This document shows positions 1 through 11,811 of a stretch of DNA of 64,000 bases, in pieces. The position numbers were made by a program, and so were the translations under genes. The stretch's first letter is position 1. Every line of letters starts with the position of its first letter. The DNA comes from Albugo candida (Eukaryota), in contig JBDOQK010000001.1 of the NCBI GenBank assembly GCA_040437565.1, forward strand, positions 682,001 through 746,000. Reading direction: 5' to 3'. The notes beneath the pieces were generated by a model. That model had not been told where the DNA came from and did not search any database. It saw only the letters and a list, made by a program, of their open reading frames with translations.

Positions 1-2167
1 GATTGCATCGTAAATCACGGATGAGTCTTCAGCAATATTTTAGCCAGAGTCGTGAAAGGCGCAGGACACAGCAAGGAAGTTGGTCAGGTCGTTTCGAGTT
101 TTTTTATTTGCGTCTTTGATTTCTGCTTCTCTGAATTAATGGTGATTGTCTTCTCTGGCAGTAAACTTTGTTCCTAGCACCTTTTTGCTTTTTCTCCGAA
201 ATTGAGGTGTACTATCTCTTTCCGGTGTCTAAATGCATAAATGCTGCTGTTGTGGTGAACGTCACAGAATAGTTTTCGTAAATAATGACATAGGACGACA
301 CTCACGTGACTGAATTTATATATGTGCTTTCCTGAGACTTACTAAAAAAATCTGACTCGAACAAGCTTATTGCTTTATTTACTTCGACTAAAGCGTTTCC
401 ACACAGCTTTATCCTCATTGCGCTCCCAATCTGAAGCTCAATTCAATCAGACCATTTCTCTATCAAATTCCGGAGCTTTCCAGCTGCACGAAGGACTCGT
501 AAATAAGCCGCAAAGCATTGCCATGAATAATTAGAAGCACTTCCCAGCAAAAGATCGAAAGATATATCCGTTGTAGACGCGACACTCTCGGCTGTTACAT
601 CTCTACTTTTAACATCCAATCCAAAGACTTTCGATGTCGTGCATCGAAAAATCGTTCAACTGGCTGATCCATTGTTTATTTGGCGCACGGGGAAATTATA
701 CAAATCTAGCTCGAGACAGAGTGAATGCATTCACTTGGTTCTCCCTCTGTACAACACGTTATCACACAATGGTAGACATTCTGTAGGACCCAGATGTATC
801 CCATTATGATTTTGTTATATCAGTATAAAGACATCTCTATTTGAAAACGGCTCGATGAGGCAGACGCATTTGCAGCCAACTGAAAGGACGTTGCAGAAGC
901 CGATCAAAATATTGCGAGCACCAGGTCTTCGTTCAAGGTATAATGTTGGAATCGTGTACGTCTTCGTCACTTTGAGGGAGAGATACTACGGTCAACTTGG
1001 AAGGCTCAGTCAGTCTACCAATATCGATGATGCTGATTTTGTACACATGTAACGTTCTAGTGGTAGCGCGTGCAGGTGAAGATCAAGAACATTTGCATGC
1101 AAGGAAGAAGCAAAAGAGTGCATGGGGGTGCTATTGGGATAGAACCGAATATTGCTCGAAGTTTATCGTAACGGAAAGCACATTTGCGTGTTTTCGTAAA
1201 ACCAAATGTCAGACTTGAAGAAGCCAGATACGATTCAGCTACACTGCCAATCTTGTTAAAGTTCTTTGAACAAGAGCCGCATCATACGTGGACCAACGGC
1301 ATTCCGTTAGGCTCATCAAGTAAGCAAATGCCGGTTGATTTACAAGTAGCTACGATGTCTGGAAAGCGAACAAACTCGGCATCTTTCACATGAATGGCGT
1401 GAAATTTTGCTTCGAAGGTTATGCCAAAAAGCTGCCTGGCAATGCCACATCACATATGTCTTGAACGAACGTCCGCAAATCAAAGCATGTGATACTTTTT
1501 GTCATGTTGTCCTATCCACTATCTCTGCCAAGAAGCGTCAGCACAATAGACCGTGTCGAAACATTATATATATATGATTGCTTTGATTACATTTCGAGAT
1601 ATCGACAAGATGGAAGACATAACGATAGTAGCAGGCTCCTTGTGCCTGGAATCTTCATCTTCTGATAAAGGTTTTGTCGTGTGTCTTGTCATTGCCACAA
1701 CGAAATCGCATGTAGCTAGAGCTTTGGAATGGATATTATACTTGAAAGAAAAGTTGTGAAATCAACGCACAGTTAATACAACCACGGATCTCTCCGTGCC
1801 GGCGGTATCAGTGCTTGCTAAGTCCAATAATTATGCTAACGCTTGGATCTAAAATCGTCTTCTGTTCTGAAATCTGATTATAACTATAAACTATAATGCT
1901 CGTGCTTATAAAAATCTCTGATATAACGTATATCGTGTTCAGTCAGCTCATTGGCGAGTGTCTTGTTACCCAGAAGTAGAATGTTTTTGGAAAACAAAGA
2001 AGCAACAAGCTATCGATAGAAAGCATCATGCTTACACGCACATACGCACTCGTGTCTCGACAAAGGTATGTATTTATGCTTTACAACTTGCTCATTCATA
2101 CCACAACTTTTCACGCACGTAACCACTTACAGGCCGATGGTAACAACATTTTTAGACAACCAACCTT

Positions 2168-2782
2168 TCAGGCAACCATCATACGACGGGCAATCGCAGC
2201 TGCAACCTCACGAGACGTACGGAATGAATGCTGCATTGTGCTCATGCATTGCTCCTGCATAAAGTCCCGAATCAAACGCTTCAGGGATAAATACGTAAGC
2301 TTGTACAGAGCATAATACGACTTTGGCGGATTGTGAAGTTGTGTAGGCGAAATTGACCATTCCATGCGACATAGATTCAGCCAGTAGCGTTCATTTTGAG
2401 ATAACTCATTAAGGAGCTGGCAAACGGATCGCGATCGACACAGCGACATTCCATCCAAAAAACTTAAAATTGTTGCAAGCGTTTCTTCACATGTGACCTC
2501 TAACAACGATTGCTTTTGATAATGTTGATTGTACACCCGCTGTTTCGTACTATGTCGATGTTGCTCTGAGAAATGATAATCCCGATACAACGCATATAAG
2601 TGGGGATCGTTTGCCAGTAGATTCGCAAAACTTTTGCCACCATCATTTAGTAGGTTTTCGAGGTTGGTGGCCTGAAACCGCGGGCAATTATAAGTTGGGG
2701 AAGGATATACAATCAGAGCATCAGATGAAGTGCAAATTTGACTACGTTCTTCGTTCTGATTTGAAAATTCATCTCTCCGCAT
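2168..2782 (-). CDS. F-box domain protein (204 aa)
   Basis: The ORF contains an F-box-like segment, EETLATILSFLDGMSLCRSRSVCQLLNELSQNERYWLNLC. Confidence 0.8.
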   Translation of the reverse strand: MRRDEFSNQNEERSQICTSSDALIVYPSPTYNCPRFQATNLENLLNDGGKSFANLLANDPHLYALYRDYHFSEQHRHSTKQRVYNQHYQKQSLLEVTCEETLATILSFLDGMSLCRSRSVCQLLNELSQNERYWLNLCRMEWSISPTQLHNPPKSYYALYKLTYLSLKRLIRDFMQEQCMSTMQHSFRTSREVAAAIARRMMVA

Positions 2783-3462
2783 GCTCCACAGTCCGTTAGG
2801 TACCGTGCTACAGTAGTTGCGTGTGCGCTGCTTCGTGTTCAGGTGTATGACAACACTTGGTAGAACACAAAGTGGGTCGTAGGTTTACACTAAAGTACAA
2901 ACTGAAGAACCGTTACACGAGCTCTGAAAACCGATACGGAAACATTGTAACGTACCTAAGAAGCGGTTGAGCGCCTCGTGTTACGTCCTTTCAGCCCATA
3001 ACACTAGGAACTAGGATCAGAGCTGAAAAATTCAATCAGATTTTTGAATTGTGACGATGACTTCAAAACCGCTAAATACGGCACCTTTGTCGTTTTTTCA
3101 AATTTCGAATCCACTCCACCCGAATAAAATCCAATTGACTTTGCGTCGAGCCATTCCTATTACAATAGTATCGAAAGACGCTACTCCTCGAAGACATTTG
3201 GTCTTTTTAAGACACGCAAGCAAATAAAGGATCCATTCCAAGTCAGTTGCACGAAAAATAACAGATTCACAAGTCACAATCGATAATTTTCAGTCGCAAA
3301 AAATACGTAAAGGTCGTTATGATGCACAAAATGCAACGTGAAACGTAATTTATAAATTTCATTCAGTGCGAAAAAACGAATGTCAGACGACCACAAATCT
3401 CATTGTAACGTGCTACAATTCTGATTTTGCATTAAAGCAGCAAATTGAGTACCTCCCATTCT

Positions 3463-5874
3463 ATGATGAGAGAACGAACGCAGTCGTACCTACATCCACT
3501 ACATTTCTTAAAGCATGTGCGGAATGAGTACGAGCGATTCTCGTGTGTATCCAGCGCAAACTTCGACGATGTTTTAGCATCAGAGTCCACTTACTCAAAC
3601 TTCCAGTCTGTTACATCGATACAACACAAAATTACGGAGCGTGGTGGTGGTCGAGAACTATGGATCCAAGCTCCGGTTCTTTTAGATGAAATGGAAATAC
3701 AAATGCAATCATTTGGCTGGTCAAAACGCTGGAAACGACGATGTATCCAACTCAATGGGCGTCGTCTTTGTTGCTTTAATATTGAATCTTCCAAAAAGCG
3801 GAAAAAAGATAATGAATCTAAAAAGTCTCGAATGGAACGTACTTATCGTAATTCCTTGTGTGGTTTGTTCTCAGACACATTAGATGAGGTAGAGTCATCC
3901 GAATGTTCAGGATCACAGGAAATTCGAAATGAAGACCAGTCAGATAATAAAATTACAACAATACCACATAAAGTCGCGGAATTAAAGCCTGGAGCTTCAT
4001 TGCAATATATTGACACCCATACGTTTGCAATCGTGCCATGTCCTACAGAGAAGCCATGGATCTTACGCATTAGGGACCCAGTTATCCGTAAAAAGTGGCA
4101 CCAAGCTTGTACAGACTGCATCGACATCATCAACTGGATACAACATTATGAGATCGGGCAAGTGCTGGGCGTGGGCGGCCACGGAATTGTCAAAGTCGTC
4201 ACTGACACACGATCTAATCAGCAATTCGCCATGAAGACTGTGGATGTATCGAAGCTCAAAAATCGCAATACAATCGTAAAGGAAGTAGAAATACTTCGAG
4301 ATATAACGCGTCATATCAATCACCCGAATTTGGTTCGAATTGAAAAAGTGTATGAGGAAAATGAGAAAATCAATATTATTATGCAATATTGCGGCGGTGG
4401 AGAGCTGTATGATGCTATCGTGAAGCGTGGACGTTATAATGAGAGTGATGCTATTCAGATTATGCAACAGCTTTTGTCTGCACTACAGGCACTTCATCGT
4501 CATAACATTCTGCATCTCGACATAAAACCGGAAAATATTTTGTTGGAATCACCGGTCGACTGCGATAACGATGGAGACAAAGTTCCGAGACTCGTACTGA
4601 CGGATTTTGGATTGGCTCAGACAATTTGTGGCTCCGATGATGATACCGAAACGGACGGGCTTCGATCTGGTATCTCTGGTACTGTCGGATATATTGCTCC
4701 TGAAGTGATCACCTCGCGACTGTATACACCTGCAGCTGACGTGTTCAGCGCCGGTGTTATTTTATTTATTTTGCTGGTCGGTTACCCACCTTTCTACGGC
4801 GAATCTGATATCGAGACGATGCTGATGACAGCTCGTGGAGAGTATTGTTTGCGCGAAGAAGACTGGAAACAAGTTTCAGAGGAGGCCCGAGATCTAGTGA
4901 CGAGAATGCTTACGATTCGGATGCAAGATCGTATCAGTCTGGATGAAGTTCTTCAACACCCATGGATACAAAACAAGCAAGACATTGGCCAAGAGGGTCT
5001 CCATATGGCCATCGGGCGTATCGAGAAATTCAACTTTAATCGTCGATCCAAACGATTTTCTTCCTTCATAACCAAACAAGTGTTACCACCTGACGCTGAA
5101 GTTGTTACAGCTCCAAATCTGCCGCTATCTGTGAATTTAGAGATGATACAAAGCATGTTTGATCAGCTTGCTCCTGACGGAAAGCTCAAGCTCAAGCATG
5201 CCCGTCGATTGGTCCAGGGCTTTGGATTCTGTCCATTTGTGAGCGAAAAACTTGTGATTGGATTTCTCGATCAGGACCAGGATGGGTTCATCACAGCAAT
5301 TGATTATTGGAAGAGTATCCAAGCAATCTACTACAATCACGCATCCTTTTCAGTGATTATGTTTGAAGCATTCCTCACAATCCGATCGCATGTGTACCAG
5401 CACCAGAAACGTGGAACATCACACTATCAATTGGCCAATTTGTCACGCGATAAAAAGTATAGAAACAAGCTGACACAAGCGGATTTCATGCTCGCATTCA
5501 GTATTTTACAGTGTTCAGAAGCTCACGCATTCGACTTTTTCCGACATTGTTACGTTTATTTAAGTGAGTTGAAGAATAAAGAGACGAACAAAGTGTCCGA
5601 CACACGACCGATCGACTCGTTTGGATCGCGTACGGCTTCCATGTCGTCTGACGCGAGCTTTGCGTCTCATTCGTCGCTGATTTCAATGATGAAAGGGTCG
5701 ATTGCGGATGAGAATGTGGGATTTGTGCTGAATCGAGAAATGTTTGCTGAGATTTTCTCGAAATTTCCATTTCTTCGATCGCTATTTTTGGTGCAAAATT
5801 CGCGATCGAAATCAAAAGTGCAGAATTTTGCAACTCATACGATGTTAACGCGTTATGAGTATGGATATCAATGA
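3463..5874 (+). CDS. CAMK/CDPK-like Ser/Thr kinase with N-terminal PH-like region and C-terminal degenerate EF-hand region
   Basis: Kinase motifs are LGVGGHGIV, FAMK, HLDIKPEN, DFG, GTVGYIAPE and DVFSAGV. PH-like segments are WKRRCIQLNGRRLCCF and TFAIVP..PWILRIRDPVIRKKWHQAC. An EF-hand-like DQDQDGFITAIDY follows the kinase. First ATG is at 3463 (the ORF track starts at TTG 3445). Confidence 0.9.
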   Translation: MMRERTQSYLHPLHFLKHVRNEYERFSCVSSANFDDVLASESTYSNFQSVTSIQHKITERGGGRELWIQAPVLLDEMEIQMQSFGWSKRWKRRCIQLNGRRLCCFNIESSKKRKKDNESKKSRMERTYRNSLCGLFSDTLDEVESSECSGSQEIRNEDQSDNKITTIPHKVAELKPGASLQYIDTHTFAIVPCPTEKPWILRIRDPVIRKKWHQACTDCIDIINWIQHYEIGQVLGVGGHGIVKVVTDTRSNQQFAMKTVDVSKLKNRNTIVKEVEILRDITRHINHPNLVRIEKVYEENEKINIIMQYCGGGELYDAIVKRGRYNESDAIQIMQQLLSALQALHRHNILHLDIKPENILLESPVDCDNDGDKVPRLVLTDFGLAQTICGSDDDTETDGLRSGISGTVGYIAPEVITSRLYTPAADVFSAGVILFILLVGYPPFYGESDIETMLMTARGEYCLREEDWKQVSEEARDLVTRMLTIRMQDRISLDEVLQHPWIQNKQDIGQEGLHMAIGRIEKFNFNRRSKRFSSFITKQVLPPDAEVVTAPNLPLSVNLEMIQSMFDQLAPDGKLKLKHARRLVQGFGFCPFVSEKLVIGFLDQDQDGFITAIDYWKSIQAIYYNHASFSVIMFEAFLTIRSHVYQHQKRGTSHYQLANLSRDKKYRNKLTQADFMLAFSILQCSEAHAFDFFRHCYVYLSELKNKETNKVSDTRPIDSFGSRTASMSSDASFASHSSLISMMKGSIADENVGFVLNREMFAEIFSKFPFLRSLFLVQNSRSKSKVQNFATHTMLTRYEYGYQ

Positions 5875-5940
5875 TACGTTGTTAAGGTTTGATCTGTGAA
5901 TACAATATGTTATTTTTTACAATAATAGCCGCGTGCACTG

Positions 5941-6588
5941 ATGGAAGCCAGCGAGCCACGACAGGATCCATTCCTGCAGCGATATGACGAGGTTTTGCGT
6001 GCTATAAACGACCTGACTTCTGTAAGAAAGGACGGTTTTGTTGACGATGAAGAATGTAGAACAGTAGATGCGCAGGATGCCGTACATGTCACGTTAGATT
6101 GCGTTAAATTACTAGAGAAAGCATTGGGGCTTTCCGATCACTATGCACATTTGGAGAATCAACTGAATACGAAACACATCGAAAACGAGCATCCTGCCCA
6201 AGAAATGAATGAGGATGATACCGCTGTTAATGTGCTCGTAGATTTGCTAAGCAAGAGCGATGAGATGAAGGATAAAGTAAGTAGAATCATTCTGGAGCGC
6301 GTTCGAATCCGAAGTAGCCAGATCCTCCAATGCACTGCAAAGCATGTAAATCAATTGTCGCATTCTGACGCGGCGATACAAGCCCTGCCCGATACTAAAG
6401 AATTCGAAAATTTGTATTTGGAAACATTCACAAACGCCTTTGGCGATGAGCTGGATCAATTCCGACAAGAAAGCTCATTTTCGAGTAAAGATGTGAGTCA
6501 TTTAGTGTCAAGTATTCAGATGGGAGCTGATATTTTCACCGATTCGCAAAAAGAGATGCTTTTATTTGCAAAATCTCAAGCACAATGA
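5941..6588 (+). CDS. Protein with C-terminal Rsa3 (ribosome assembly protein 3)-like domain
   Basis: The C-terminus FENLYLETFTNAFGDELDQFRQESSFSSKDVSHLVSSIQMGADIF matches the Rsa3 pattern F..YL.....FGDD/ELD.LR...F....L..L...L..G...F. Confidence 0.65.
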   Translation: MEASEPRQDPFLQRYDEVLRAINDLTSVRKDGFVDDEECRTVDAQDAVHVTLDCVKLLEKALGLSDHYAHLENQLNTKHIENEHPAQEMNEDDTAVNVLVDLLSKSDEMKDKVSRIILERVRIRSSQILQCTAKHVNQLSHSDAAIQALPDTKEFENLYLETFTNAFGDELDQFRQESSFSSKDVSHLVSSIQMGADIFTDSQKEMLLFAKSQAQ

Positions 6589-6704
6589 TTCGATACTATT
6601 CATAATTTACAAATGTGGACGACGAAGCGAGTTTTTTCCATTGACTTATGGATGTAGTTGTCTTTTCACGTGTGCCATATGCGGAATGAAATCCTGTTTT
6701 TGAC

Positions 6705-9252
6705 TCAAAGGGAAGACTGCCATATGGCATTATATTGCCCCAATGCATCTCCATCTCGAGAATGTATGATATTATTGTGATTCCCCATAACTTCTGATTC
6801 AAAGGATTCTCCTGCCTGTGCTTTTGCGCAATGATGCGGTTTGCACGTGCCAATATGATCGTAATCTATTCCCAATTCATCCGCATGAAAGCTACACGTG
6901 ATCTCAAAACTAGTGGCATCATCCGTGCGATTCATTCCAAATGTCATTTGCTTCATAAACGTGATGTAAAACACGATATTCACCAAGCCGAGCGCGCCCA
7001 ACGTATAATACATATACTCCAAATTACCATTGTTGAGATTCTGAGGAAAATGAGCCTGGAACAAAATAGTGAATGAGGATGTCAAGTTACTTCCTATCGC
7101 AACTGTCAGCAAATGAATGGTCTGACAAGCCGATTTGAGATGGAGAGGTACCTCACGATATAACAACTCATAAGCAGTGACATTGATAAGACATTCGGCA
7201 ATTCCAATCAAAAGGTAGTGTGGAATCGCATACGCCCAATACATATGATTCATCGGTTGCAACAATGCTTGATCGAGAATAGGAACTACTTCATCTGTTT
7301 CCGGATCAAAAGTGGTCAAAATACCGCTGTCACGACGCAATACTTCAAAAACTCCTGTCCACACCATTGCAAAAGTTGCGATAATCAACCCGACAAGCAC
7401 TTTACCATACGCACTCGGAGGTCTTCCAAATAGTCTTGTGTAGCATGGATAGAAGACCGTATCCAACGCAGGAATGAACAAGATGATTGTGATAGGATCA
7501 ATAATTCCCAGTAATGCGCCAGGCACCTGATCGGCGTGTGCATCGACGATCGACTTGGCACCAACACGCAAATCACATTGCTGTGTGATGGATTGAAAAT
7601 TCGCATCCAATTGGTCATAAGCGCATTCCCAAAAAATCATAAAGCAAGCAAACGGTAGTACACGCACCAACTGCTTGATTTCTTCAATTACTTCGTCGTT
7701 ATATTTCCCCCCATTCGACGCCATACTTTTATCCATATACGAAGCATTCCTTCCATAACGTATCCAAGTGTACATGGCGTACACAATACAAACGACCACA
7801 ATGTACGAAAGATAATGTCCACTTGAGTAGGAATCCGTTAAGAAAGCAGCGACAATGTTCAGCATCAAAGCCAATACAAACGCAATTAATCCATACAACA
7901 ACTGCCTCGCTTCAAAACTATACTCACAATTCCCACGTATCATATACCACAATTCCGTTAAGGCACTGGTTTGCGTCGCATAATAATTATACCGTGGACT
8001 CGCCAAATAAAACATCAGATATGCAATCACCACCATAGTTCCACATACAAAAAACGTTGCAAAATAGCCATATTTTGGACTTATCGTGTGAGCTCCTTGC
8101 ACACACAAAACAGAAAGGTACCCATACGAGAAAATAGCTCCGAGATTAATTAGCGAGTAGAAATACTTAAAGTAATGATGTTGTTGCACGACTTGCGAAG
8201 GAATATGAATATTAAACTGGTCGGCTCCAAATGTTATNNNNNNNNNNNNNNNNNNNNNNNNNNNNNNNNNNNNNNNNNNNNNNNNNNNNNNNNNNNNNNN
8301 NNNNNNNNNNNNNNNNNNNNNNNNNNNNNNNNNNNNNCTCACAATTCCCACGTATCATATACCACAATTCCGTTAAGGCACTGGTTTGCGTCGCATAATA
8401 ATTATACCGTGGACTCGCCAAATAAAACATCAGATATGCAATCACCACCATAGTTCCACATACAAAAAACGTTGCAAAATAGCCATATTTTGGACTTATC
8501 GTGTGAGCTCCTTGCACACACAAAACAGAAAGGTACCCATACGAGAAAATAGCTCCGAGATTAATTAGCGAGTAGAAATACTTAAAGTAATGATGTTGTT
8601 GCACGACTTGCGAAGGAATATGAATATTAAACTGGTCGGCTCCAAATGTTATGACGTTCGCTTTGATAGCTCCAGTGCCTATAGCGACACCAGCGAATAG
8701 ACCGCAGTGGCACATCCAATTAGCAAGCTGCGGATATTCCATAACTTCTGGTAATGCGGAAATACTAACTATATAAATTCCTACTGTGTACCAAACGCCA
8801 AAAACAATCAACGTTTTGAAGCGACCCCACTTTTCGTCTGCGATATAGCCACCCAAGATGGGTGATAAATAGCATATTGAGGTCCAAGTGCTTTTGATCG
8901 CGTTGGAGGCAACCTGACTCCATCCAAACTTATCGATAAAATTTTTCAACCCTTGATTAATACCATAATAACTCAACCGCTCTGCGAATTCTAAAATCAA
9001 AATAAAACTGCAAACGTGTAAAAGGATGTTATTATATTCGCACTGTCGACTTTTGACTGGTGGTGGTTGTATCATAATCGATTGCTCTATACGGTGAGGA
9101 TTTAGTCGACCACACTCGAATGAATCGTCGAGCCTTAATATAGTAGAGATTGGTCCAAATGCCTCAGGTTCATGTGTCTCAGGTCCATGTGACTCAGTCA
9201 AATTACTCGAATGCTCATTTGGTAGTGGTGATTTAAGTGACTGAGAGTGCAT
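6705..9252 (-). CDS. Proton-dependent oligopeptide transporter (POT/PTR2 family), interrupted by an assembly gap
   Basis: It has the ExxERxxYY motif (EFAERLSYYG), GGYIADEKWGRFKT, the PTR2 signature FGADQF, FYSLINLGA and many hydrophobic segments. Removing the gap plus the 315-bp duplicated flank (415 bp) gives one 2133-bp ORF (710 aa). Confidence 0.93.
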
Positions 9253-9633
9253 TAGATTCGTTTTGAGTAAGCTCTACGCTATGAGCATTGATATAATGCA
9301 GCGATTTTATCTATACGCTCAATGCATTTATTTGATATAAAATACTTGAAGCCGGTCGAGGATCGTCCATACCCAACCCCCATTAGTTCATTACTCTTCA
9401 AAGCTGGTAGAAAACAGCACTCTCTTTTACTCTATTTATGTAAATTTTCAATTGACTAGTAACCCAAGTCGCAATAGACCTTCGAAAGACCTTAACCCGT
9501 TGTAATCCATCAACGATCGTAATCTGCGTGCGATAAACCGGATTTTACATCACATATTCCTTGCCATACGCAACAGTCGCACACTGGATCTTTGTATGTA
9601 TGCACACGAACTGGCTTATCCAGATAAAGTACT

Positions 9634-11811
9634 TTAAAACGCTACTTCTTTGGCAGGTATTGTACTGTATAGCAAATGATCAGTCTCCGGGCTGAATCGA
9701 CTGCTCGACTGAGACCCCATCCGACTCGCCATTAGGTTTGTACTCGCAGTCGCACGTCGTTGCGCTTTGATGTGATCCAGTTGAGACTGAAATTCCTCAG
9801 ATCGCATATATCGAGCCACAGTCTCGCCCAAAACAACCAGAACTTCAATCTGATTCTGATTCAAATTCTGACGCGCATGTATATCGCCAACGCATAAATC
9901 ACCAACAATATGCCCCTTCACGACCAAAGGTATTCCGATAAAGAACTGTAATTTTGCAGAATTCCGTTTCCCTTCCATAATGCGCGCATCATTGGCTGCA
10001 TTCAGTACAATACACGGCTTCCCTCGTTGCGCAAGACGACGAAATGTCGGTAGGCTTTTAGGAAGTCGGGCCGATAGTCGACTCGCATCATCATGGTACT
10101 TTACTAATTCAAATTCCTTTGTCCGAATTCCGGCGATGGGACACTCAATTGTTTCCATAGCAAGCATACAAATCTGATCAAAGTCTTCATTGAGATAATG
10201 CAGGATCTCAGGCTGTGTCATCTCGAAAAACATGAGCGGCTTCTTGTCTACATTCCTGCAACAATTACCACTTGATGGAGACGCTAAAGCTGATACGAGT
10301 TCCCAATCAGAGCCATAAGTGCTTTGCTCCGATGATGCGGTTGTTCGAATAGAAGAGCATGACTGCTTGAGTGATGTGTGCTGTAGATAAGAATTGAGAG
10401 CACAAAGTTTCGAGCTCTCCATTTCATTCAATTTCGATGAATGGGATGCAAATATAGGATCCACACAATCACCATCCTTATCTTCTTCATCAGAAGAGCA
10501 CGAGCCACATTGCTGATCAATGTGTGAAGTCGTTGTGTGTGTGTCCTCCGGTACAAGAAAAGCGTCTTGACTGGGAGATGCTTTCAAAGATTTTCGCAGA
10601 CATGTTGTACATATTCGAACTTTTATATTACACACATATTTGAATTCCGTGCATGATCCACAAACAACTTCTCCACAAAATCGACAATGATGACGTCTTC
10701 TTAACATGCTGAAAGCTTGCTGACATGCCGTGCACGTGCTACGATCGCCGTCCTTAACCCAAACAACATTCTTTACCATAAGCTTAGGTTGGAGTACAAT
10801 CTGTTGCATGGTGGGCTTCAAATAATGAAGATTGTGCGCCATTCGGGTAGCCAGTAACTTCACTCCACTACTGACATTATCTTCGCCGCGAGCTGTACGA
10901 AGGGCTAACGTCAGGACAACCTGAACGAATCCTTTCTGTGGCGCATGACGGATGATGTACGAAGACGGTTCGAATACTGTCAAATTGTACGTATCCGGTT
11001 TACATCGATAAGAGTACATGGCACCCGGTCCATCATACGATTCGAAGCGGCAGATACCAACTTGACCGTACCGCGGATGGCCTTCGTATATAGCACAGTA
11101 TTCACGTAGCAGCATTTCCTTCCCACGACTAAGTCGTTTCCCAGAAGATAGAGCCATCCATTTGAGCGTAATCGATTCATTGGTGAGCTTTGGTGCGAAT
11201 TGACCTTGTGAATCAATTATAGAGTGCTTGTACACCACTTCTGCATCCAAATAGTTTTTTGNNNNNNNNNNNNNNNNNNNNNNNNNNNNNNNNNNNNNNN
11301 NNNNNNNNNNNNNNNNNNNNNNNNNNNNNNNNNNNNNNNNNNNNNNNNNNNNNNNNNNNNNCACCACTTCTGCATCCAAATAGTTTTTTGGGTACATACT
11401 CTGTAACATCATACGGTATTTTTCGGTTTCGTATGACCGCAAGCATTCCAAAACACTTGAGATGCTTCCTTCAATGGTTGTGATGGCACGTGCTGCATAT
11501 GTAAGCCGCTCATTATTCTGGCAATGCACGTAACATGTCGTGTCATCTTTTTCTCTCTCAAATTTCCAGAATGTAATATCATTTGTCTTGTCTAGTAATT
11601 CGTCGACACCATTACGATGACTAGAATACCAGCTCTCAAGATCGGCTTCCGGTGGCCATGGCGGTGCTGAATTGCCGTATTGAGTAGGCAAAGATTCAGT
11701 CGATGTCGATGCGACTTTAGATAATGAACTTCCCGATTTGGTCAAGTGTGTCAATTTCGTCTCATGTATCATACCGAGTCGTTTGAATTCATGCGCCATT
11801 TTTTGTTCCAT
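9634..11811 (-). CDS. START-like / FYVE zinc finger / GAF domain protein
   Basis: The FYVE is canonical: WVKD...CTAC...RRRHHCRFCGEVVCGSC...RICTTC. The GAF-like C-terminus is FFIGIPLVVKGHIVGDLCVGDIHAR. The N-terminus is START-like (weaker call). Removing the gap plus the 29-bp duplicate (129 bp) keeps the frame (682 aa). Confidence 0.85.
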   Translation of the reverse strand: MEQKMAHEFKRLGMIHETKLTHLTKSGSSLSKVASTSTESLPTQYGNSAPPWPPEADLESWYSSHRNGVDELLDKTNDITFWKFEREKDDTTCYVHCQNNERLTYAARAITTIEGSISSVLECLRSYETEKYRMMLQSMYPKNYLDAEVVXXXXXXXXXXXXXXXXXXXXXXXXXXXXXXXXXXKNYLDAEVVYKHSIIDSQGQFAPKLTNESITLKWMALSSGKRLSRGKEMLLREYCAIYEGHPRYGQVGICRFESYDGPGAMYSYRCKPDTYNLTVFEPSSYIIRHAPQKGFVQVVLTLALRTARGEDNVSSGVKLLATRMAHNLHYLKPTMQQIVLQPKLMVKNVVWVKDGDRSTCTACQQAFSMLRRRHHCRFCGEVVCGSCTEFKYVCNIKVRICTTCLRKSLKASPSQDAFLVPEDTHTTTSHIDQQCGSCSSDEEDKDGDCVDPIFASHSSKLNEMESSKLCALNSYLQHTSLKQSCSSIRTTASSEQSTYGSDWELVSALASPSSGNCCRNVDKKPLMFFEMTQPEILHYLNEDFDQICMLAMETIECPIAGIRTKEFELVKYHDDASRLSARLPKSLPTFRRLAQRGKPCIVLNAANDARIMEGKRNSAKLQFFIGIPLVVKGHIVGDLCVGDIHARQNLNQNQIEVLVVLGETVARYMRSEEFQSQLDHIKAQRRATASTNLMASRMGSQSSSRFSPETDHLLYSTIPAKEVAF

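Noticed and set aside
520..1760. Several short + strand open stretches (60-90 codons) that could be a decayed gene
   Set aside because: They show no recognisable motif or consistent exon chain.
6705..9252. Apparent tandem pair of POT transporter genes
   Set aside because: The overlap is an exact 315-bp gap-flank duplication, and collapsing it gives one gene.
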